This document shows positions 32,943 to 37,977 of a stretch of 37,977 nucleotides of DNA, in pieces. The stretch comes from Candidatus Woesearchaeota archaeon (GTDB taxonomy: Archaea > Nanobdellota > Nanobdellia > Pacearchaeales > GW2011-AR1). Location of the stretch: the NCBI GenBank assembly GCA_964652735.1, contig CAZZCD010000001.1:1-37977 (forward strand), in the 5' to 3' direction. The notes under the pieces were generated by a model, which saw nothing but the letters and a program-made list of their open reading frames with translations, made no database searches and was not told the origin of the DNA. Numbering within the stretch: position 1 is the first letter of the stretch; the number at the start of each line of letters is the position of its first letter. The position numbers and the translations under genes are program-made.

Positions 32943-33626
32943 ATGGAATGTTCTGTTTGTGGGGTATCTGAGAAAAAAGCAAGGCTTTTAGATGCTATAT
33001 CTTCAAAAGGAATTGTAAAAGTTTGTGAATCTTGTTTCAAGGAAGAAGATATGCCTATTTTGAGAAGACCTACAACTTTCCAGCTTAAAGAGGCTGAGAA
33101 AAAAACCCCTGTTTATGCAAGACCCTTATCTGAAGAATTAAGAAAAAAAGAGCAGAAAGAAGAAGTAGAAAAAGTAGAAACTACTTTAAAAGACGTGATT
33201 GATAAAAAATATGAGATGATTGTTTCTAAAGAAGAAAAACCAAGACCTGACCTTGTTGATAATTTTCACTGGATTATTATGAGAACAAGAAGGCTGAAAA
33301 AACTAACTCAGGAGCAATTAGCAAAGGAAATTTCAGAATCAGTTGCAGCGATAAAAATGGTAGAAGAAGGGATTCTCCCAGAGGATGATTATCGGCTTGT
33401 GAACAAAATCGGGAGTTTTCTTGGAATAAAGCTTGTTAAGGGTGCTTCAAAAACAACTCTGTTTAGTCCTGAAAAATCACCAGCAAGAATAATAAAATTC
33501 GATAGAAAAACAATGCAAGATTTAACAATATCTGATTTAAAGCAAATGAAAGAGCAACCAGAGATGATGGATGAAAGTTTGGAAGAAAATCAGGAAAAAA
33601 ATTCAGAAGAAGCAGAAGTTTTATAA
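32943..33626 (+). CDS. zinc-ribbon plus XRE-type HTH protein (MBF1-like)
   Basis: The N-terminal ribbon is CSVCG...CESC. The central HTH is MRTRRLKKLTQEQLAKEISESVAAIKMVEEG. The tail is acidic. Confidence 0.55.
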   Translation: MECSVCGVSEKKARLLDAISSKGIVKVCESCFKEEDMPILRRPTTFQLKEAEKKTPVYARPLSEELRKKEQKEEVEKVETTLKDVIDKKYEMIVSKEEKPRPDLVDNFHWIIMRTRRLKKLTQEQLAKEISESVAAIKMVEEGILPEDDYRLVNKIGSFLGIKLVKGASKTTLFSPEKSPARIIKFDRKTMQDLTISDLKQMKEQPEMMDESLEENQEKNSEEAEVL

Positions 33627-33648
33627 ATTAAAGTAATGAATTCTTATT

Positions 33649-33912
33649 ATGGAAATAGATATTTTACGATCGTCAAAGGATGAAATTGAGGTGCAGATTG
33701 AAAATCTTACAATAGCAGAACTTCTTAGAGTTTATTTTAATAAAGACCCTTCAGTTACTTTTGCTGCATGGAAAAGAGAGCACCCTTCAGAAAAAACAAT
33801 ACTTAATGTAAAGGTAAAGGGGAAAACAATAAAAAAAGTCTTTAATGATGCAATCGCAGCAATAACCAAGGACTTGGACAAGATTGAGAAGGATTTCTCA
33901 GCGATGAAGTAA
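33649..33912 (+). CDS. rpoL: DNA-directed RNA polymerase subunit L (Rpo11)
   Basis: EIEVQIENLTIAELLRVYFNKDPSVTFAAWKREHPSEKTILNVKVKGK matches the RpoL/Rpb11 pattern (x-HT-like segment, then F-A-x-Y/W-K-x-x-HP). Confidence 0.72.
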   Translation: MEIDILRSSKDEIEVQIENLTIAELLRVYFNKDPSVTFAAWKREHPSEKTILNVKVKGKTIKKVFNDAIAAITKDLDKIEKDFSAMK

Positions 33913-34009
33913 TACTTAAAAGTATGTTTCCAAGAATAGATTTATTTTTAAACAATTAAATGATGTTTTCTTTATGAGGTATTTTAATTTGAAGGAAGGT
34001 AGTGAGAAA

Positions 34010-34396
34010 ATGGGGGGAATTATAAAAGTAAATACTTCTATGCAAGGACTTGAAAAATTGAGCAATCCTCAAGGAGATCGGGTTTTTACTCCTTGGGCTT
34101 TTGAGTATATTGGGATTGAAAATGAAGAAGATGTTTATCGTGTTTTTATACCTCATGAACTGGCTGTTAGGAGTTCAGGACAAGATGCTATTGGAGGAGA
34201 AATAGGTGTTGCTAAAGTGGTTTTAGATGGTCTTCCATCAACATTAAAATTAATACTCAACAAAAAAGGTGAACTTAGATTTTATAATCCTGACCAAAAA
34301 GGATTTTATCTTAATGAGGTATCAGAAAAAGCTGCGAAGAAACATGAAGAATTTGAAAAATACTGGGCACTTCAAAGAGCATATATTTATGAATAA
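34010..34396 (+). CDS. hypothetical protein
   Basis: The ORF is open from the ATG at 33974. The ATG at 34010 is preceded by an AGGTAGTGAG SD-like element and is preferred. No motif recognised. Confidence 0.4.
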   Translation: MGGIIKVNTSMQGLEKLSNPQGDRVFTPWAFEYIGIENEEDVYRVFIPHELAVRSSGQDAIGGEIGVAKVVLDGLPSTLKLILNKKGELRFYNPDQKGFYLNEVSEKAAKKHEEFEKYWALQRAYIYE

Positions 34397-34442
34397 TTTC
34401 CATCATAATAATCCTTATTAATTCTAACTTCTTTTTCTTTTG

Positions 34443-35174
34443 ATGCATGTTGAAAAAATATCTGCAGGAAGTTTTGATCTGAATAAGTGGCTTTATGGAG
34501 GTTATGAAAAAGGAATTATAACCATGATTGCAGGACCCCCTGCAAGCGGAAAAACAAATTTTGTTCTTTTAGCTTCATGTAGCCAGGCCAGAAAAGGAAA
34601 TAAGGTTATTTTTGTAGATACAGAAGGTGGTTTTTCTCCTGAAAGAGTTAAGCAGATTGTAGGAGAGGAGTATAAAGAAATTCTGAAAAACATTTTGCTT
34701 TTAAATCCAACAAATTTTAATGAACAGAAAAAGATTTTTATGAAACTTCTCAATAGGGTAAAAAAAGAAAACATTGGGCTAATAGTTGTTGACGGAATGG
34801 CTATGCTTTATAGACTTGAACTTGGTGATGCGATTAAATCAAAAGATGAAAATAAAATTAAAGAAATTAACAGAGAAGTTGCAAAGCAAATGAGAATTCT
34901 TGCAGAAATTTCCAGAAAACAAAACATTCCTGTTTTAATCACAAACCAGGTTTATCACGGATTTTTGTCAGAAGAAGAATGGAAAAAGGGAATTAAACCA
35001 GAGGCAAATATTGTCGGAGGAGATTTATTTAAGTACTGGAGTAAAGCAATAATTGAATTGAAAAATGAAAATGGGAAGAAAAAGGCAATTCTTCTAAAAC
35101 ATAGAAGCATGCCTAAGAAAGAAATCTCGTTTGAAATTAAAGAAAAAGGGATATTTAGAAAACGCTGGTTTTAA
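34443..35174 (+). CDS. radB: DNA repair and recombination protein RadB
   Basis: Walker A is MIAGPPASGKTNF and Walker B is LIVVDGMAMLYR. The RecA-core-only size, with no N-terminal HhH domain, fits RadB. The track start at 34440 is a TTG; the ATG is at 34443. Confidence 0.85.
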   Translation: MHVEKISAGSFDLNKWLYGGYEKGIITMIAGPPASGKTNFVLLASCSQARKGNKVIFVDTEGGFSPERVKQIVGEEYKEILKNILLLNPTNFNEQKKIFMKLLNRVKKENIGLIVVDGMAMLYRLELGDAIKSKDENKIKEINREVAKQMRILAEISRKQNIPVLITNQVYHGFLSEEEWKKGIKPEANIVGGDLFKYWSKAIIELKNENGKKKAILLKHRSMPKKEISFEIKEKGIFRKRWF

Positions 35175-35458
35175 TCTTCAGGAAATTTTCGTCGAATTTC
35201 TTCCAGACCGTTTTTATATCTTAATAATTGTTTTTTTGTAGCATATTTAAATTCCCAGGGTTGGCCATAATTAAGACGAGCATCCCCAATTAAAGACCTT
35301 GGATCTAATCCCCTTTGAATTGAAACATCAACAGTCATCGCGAGGATATCTGCATTTTGTAGTTTTATTTCCAGTTCTGTTAATTCCTGAAGAAGGGCTT
35401 GTACATCTGGATTGTCTTTATATCTCTCTCTTAGTCTCTTAAGAGTATCTGAATCCAT
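35171..35458 (-). CDS. hypothetical protein
   Basis: 95-aa ORF with an ATG start, downstream of topA. Its 3' end overlaps the radB stop by 4 nt (convergent). Confidence 0.45.
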   Translation of the reverse strand: MDSDTLKRLRERYKDNPDVQALLQELTELEIKLQNADILAMTVDVSIQRGLDPRSLIGDARLNYGQPWEFKYATKKQLLRYKNGLEEIRRKFPED

Positions 35459-35489
35459 TATAAATCAATTTACAAATTCTTTTTAAGAA

Positions 35490-37754
35490 TTATTGTTCTC
35501 CACTTTCTTTTTTTCTTCTGTAAGCCTCAATTCTCTCTTTGTTTGTTGGACATTGGGGATTAAAGCAAAATCTCCATGGTTTTCTTCCCCTCTTAATTGA
35601 AATTAATTTTGGAAAACCACACTTTTCGCAATTTTTTCCTTCTTTTTTTATTCCGGCATTTGGAGGCAAGGAAAAAGTTGTTTTACATTTAGGATAAGCA
35701 TCACAGGCAACAAACTTTCTCTTGGTCTTTTTAGAATATGTAATGCCAAGATTTCCTTTTTTACAGATAGGGCAGATATTTAAAGCGTTTTCTTTTTTCT
35801 GTTCTTCTCTTAATTTAAGGTTTGCAGCTAAAAGTTCTTTTCCTATCTTCTTTTCCTCTTTTTTGAATTGCTTTGAAATTTTAATTATAGTTTCTTTTGC
35901 CATATCAAGAATTTTTTCTTCTTTTTCTTTATAAGATTTCTTTGAACTTTGTATAGACCCCATTCCTTTTTCAAATTCTCTGGTTAATGCTTCATCAATT
36001 ATTATAGGAGAATGTTTTTCCAGGGTTTCTATCAAAGAGATTCCTAAAGGGGTTGCCTTGATACTTTGATCTTTTACATAATTTCTATAATAAAGAGTCT
36101 CAAGTATGCTTGCCCGCGTGGCTTTTGTTCCAAGATTTCTTTTTTCCAGTTCAGAAATTATAGAAGCAGGTGAATATCTGTTTGGAGGATTTGTTTGTTT
36201 TTCTTCTAGTCTTAAATCAACAATTTTTACATTTCCATTTATGTTAGGTAGAGAAGTTTCTTTTATCTTTATAGGATAGATTTCAAGCCACGATCTTTTT
36301 TTTATTTCAGCTCCTTTTTTAATAAAAATCAATTTCTCAATGTCAACTTTTATAGTTTTATTCTCAATAACAGCATCTTCTATGAAAAGAGAGAGAAACC
36401 GCCTAACAATTAAATCATAGATTCTTTTCTCATTTCCTATTAAATTTTTGAAGTTTCCTGTTGGATAAATAGATGGGTGGGCTGGATCTGATTTTTTTCC
36501 TTCTATTGGTTTTTTTCTAGTTATTAATTTTTCTGCATGGTATTTTTTTGAAAGCTTTTTTAGAATTTCTCTATAATCTATTGAAGAAGGAAGTTTTTGG
36601 CTAGAAGTTCTTGGATAAGATATAAGACCAGAGAGATAAAGATTCTGAGCTGCTTGTAAAGTTTTTGAGGGGGTTATATTGTAGAATCTATAAGCTTCTG
36701 TTTGAAGAGCTGTAAGATTAAAAGGAGGATTTGGACCTAATGTTCGGGAGGTAGTTTTTGTTTCTGCTTTTCCTGTTTTTCCTATAAGATTTTTAAATTT
36801 TTTAAGTTCTGATTTGTTGAATATATCTTTGTTATGAAGAAGTTCTATTTTACTGTCTTTTAATTTGATAAAAATTTGCCAGTAAGGCACTGCTTTAAAT
36901 TCATAAATCTTTTTTTCTTTTTCAACAATAAGTTTTAAAGTAGGTCCTTGGACTCTTCCTATAGACATTATTCTAAATTTCCCAGTTGTTTTTATTGCAT
37001 TCATTAAAGCTCTTGATAGATTTATCCCATAGAACCAATCTAAATAATGCCTTGTTTCTCCTGCAATAGCTTGTCCCCAATCAATATGTTTAGATTTTTC
37101 TTCATAAGCTTTGTTTAGTTCTTTTTCAGTCAAAGTAGAGAATTTCATCCTGTTTGCATCTTTTTGTCCACCTATAAATCTTACAACGTTTAAACCAATA
37201 ACTTCTCCTTCAATATCATAATCTGTTGCTACTGTTAGGCTTCCTGCATTTTTTATAAGTTTAGAAAGAGTATCATAATATTTTTTGCTAAAATCCTTTT
37301 TCCTGACAAGATAGTTCGGCATCCACACAATATCAAATACAGGAATCTCTGAACCAGAAATATTCTGCTTCAGTGTAAACAAGTGTCCGACTGCGCAGGC
37401 AACAATTATCTCCTTGCCATTTTTTTCTAACTCATAATAAGAAATATTTTTATTGCTTTTTTCTGTAGGTTTTCCAAGAGAAGAAGCAATTTTTAATGCA
37501 GCTTGTGGCTTTTCTGTAATAATAAGTTCATATCCCTTAGGCTTGAGTTTTATTTTGGGAATTTTGAATTCTTTTTTTATTTTTGACTTTGTAGTTTTCT
37601 TTTTTCTTTTTGATGGTTTTTCTACTTTTTCCAGAGATTTTCTGTCTGGTTTTTTATATTTTTTTTCAATAATCTGCTTTGAATCACCAGGATCAATTGG
37701 AAAAAAATTCTCTGCTATTTTCTCTTCTTTTGTCTTTTTCTGTTTTCTTGGCAT
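35490..37754 (-). CDS. topA: type IA DNA topoisomerase with a Lys-rich N-terminal extension and C-terminal zinc ribbons
   Basis: Toprim region ELIITEKPQAA...ATDYDIEGE, active-site Tyr motif GLISYPRTSSQKL, and C-terminal CPICKKG...CDAYPKC and CEKCGFP...CFNPQCP. Confidence 0.93.
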   Translation of the reverse strand: MPRKQKKTKEEKIAENFFPIDPGDSKQIIEKKYKKPDRKSLEKVEKPSKRKKKTTKSKIKKEFKIPKIKLKPKGYELIITEKPQAALKIASSLGKPTEKSNKNISYYELEKNGKEIIVACAVGHLFTLKQNISGSEIPVFDIVWMPNYLVRKKDFSKKYYDTLSKLIKNAGSLTVATDYDIEGEVIGLNVVRFIGGQKDANRMKFSTLTEKELNKAYEEKSKHIDWGQAIAGETRHYLDWFYGINLSRALMNAIKTTGKFRIMSIGRVQGPTLKLIVEKEKKIYEFKAVPYWQIFIKLKDSKIELLHNKDIFNKSELKKFKNLIGKTGKAETKTTSRTLGPNPPFNLTALQTEAYRFYNITPSKTLQAAQNLYLSGLISYPRTSSQKLPSSIDYREILKKLSKKYHAEKLITRKKPIEGKKSDPAHPSIYPTGNFKNLIGNEKRIYDLIVRRFLSLFIEDAVIENKTIKVDIEKLIFIKKGAEIKKRSWLEIYPIKIKETSLPNINGNVKIVDLRLEEKQTNPPNRYSPASIISELEKRNLGTKATRASILETLYYRNYVKDQSIKATPLGISLIETLEKHSPIIIDEALTREFEKGMGSIQSSKKSYKEKEEKILDMAKETIIKISKQFKKEEKKIGKELLAANLKLREEQKKENALNICPICKKGNLGITYSKKTKRKFVACDAYPKCKTTFSLPPNAGIKKEGKNCEKCGFPKLISIKRGRKPWRFCFNPQCPTNKERIEAYRRKKESGEQ

Positions 37755-37819
37755 TTTTATGAAGAAGAATGAGAGTTTTTATAGATTTCTGAAGATATAA
37801 AATTTTCTAATCTTGAGAA

Positions 37820-37977
37820 TTACTCCCAAATAGAATCTAATTTAGAAACAGTACCGGTCCTTTTTGCATCTTCATAATCTTGTTTAACATTCTTTTTTCT
37901 TATTGAATCTTTAACACCAGGCTCGTATTTATGTATATAACCGGGAGGTAATCCTAAGTCATCAACCACTCTTTTTG
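37820..37977 (-). CDS. 3' end of an unidentified protein, truncated by the window edge
   Basis: The minus-strand frame reads ...KRVVDDLGLPPGYIHKYEPGVKDSIRKKNVKQDYEDAKRTGTVSKLDSIWE*, with stop TAA at 37820-37822. No motif recognised. Confidence 0.35.
   Translation of the reverse strand, partial: KRVVDDLGLPPGYIHKYEPGVKDSIRKKNVKQDYEDAKRTGTVSKLDSIWE

Noticed and set aside
39-37800. About 37 short ORFs in the track (60-149 aa) lie antisense to, or out of frame within, longer recognisable genes. They are: 39-305, 372-572, 1330-1524, 1819-2001, 1853-2041, 1998-2240, 2116-2328, 4174-4380, 4486-4755, 5661-5912, 6635-6865, 7657-7872, 9100-9342, 9149-9394, 9646-9879, 11385-11624, 11482-11802, 12397-12657, 13552-13740, 15262-15444, 17839-18210, 19139-19324, 20431-20709, 20907-21122, 23714-23908, 25153-25374, 25732-25917, 26446-26658, 27291-27473, 29501-29707, 31919-32131, 33956-34156, 34502-34774, 35722-35934 and 37453-37800.
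   Set aside because: Each is fully or mostly embedded in a longer ORF with clear family motifs. Their products are low-complexity Phe/Ser/Ile/Leu-rich strings, as expected from reading Lys/Glu/Asn-rich AT-rich genes on the opposite strand. None has its own promoter spacing.
1-37977. CRISPR arrays, rRNA genes, IS elements or transposases, integrases, toxin-antitoxin pairs and restriction-modification genes.
   Set aside because: Reading through all spacers and ORFs, I saw no regularly spaced direct repeats, no rRNA-like GC-rich structured segment, and no transposase, integrase or nuclease-methylase motifs. The only mobile elements found are the two inteins.

Overview
This window is a gene-dense, very AT-rich archaeal chromosomal segment. 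I judged GC by eye at roughly 30% and did not compute it. It is made almost entirely of informational and housekeeping genes. Archaeal identity rests on TBP, aIF-1A, aIF-2beta, L15e, MCM, aRF1, NAC, Sec61beta, RpoL, RadB, an ATP-dependent DNA ligase and bulge-helix-bulge tRNA introns. Short proteins, tiny intergenic spacers, TATA boxes about 25 nt upstream of start codons (leaderless mRNAs) and an FtsZ/MinD division set suggest a small-genome, DPANN-like archaeon; that lineage call is inference.

I see no CRISPR array, rRNA, transposon or obvious defence island, and I cannot point to a clear novel multi-gene system.

The unusual content is selfish or processed elements inside core genes:
- A 431-aa LAGLIDADG intein splits the catalytic GGQ motif of aRF1.
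- A 340-aa LAGLIDADG intein sits in the MCM ATPase core.
- tRNA-Ile(GAU) carries two introns, one at non-canonical position 30/31 and one at canonical 37/38.
- tRNA-Asn(GUU) carries a 41-nt canonical intron.

Secondary observations:
- A double-length (pseudo-dimeric) ThyX.
- A membrane protein gene broken by a 1-nt frameshift.
- A perfect palindrome upstream of a TrmB-family regulator.
- A Cys-rich surface protein of atypical composition.
- An operon of two paralogous orphans followed by MinD.
- An MCM plus OB-fold/winged-helix gene pair.
- A Sec61beta gene missing from the ORF track because it is under 60 aa.
- A repeat-bearing 294-bp spacer between mcm and thyX.

All functional calls come from motif recognition by eye. 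No database search was run.
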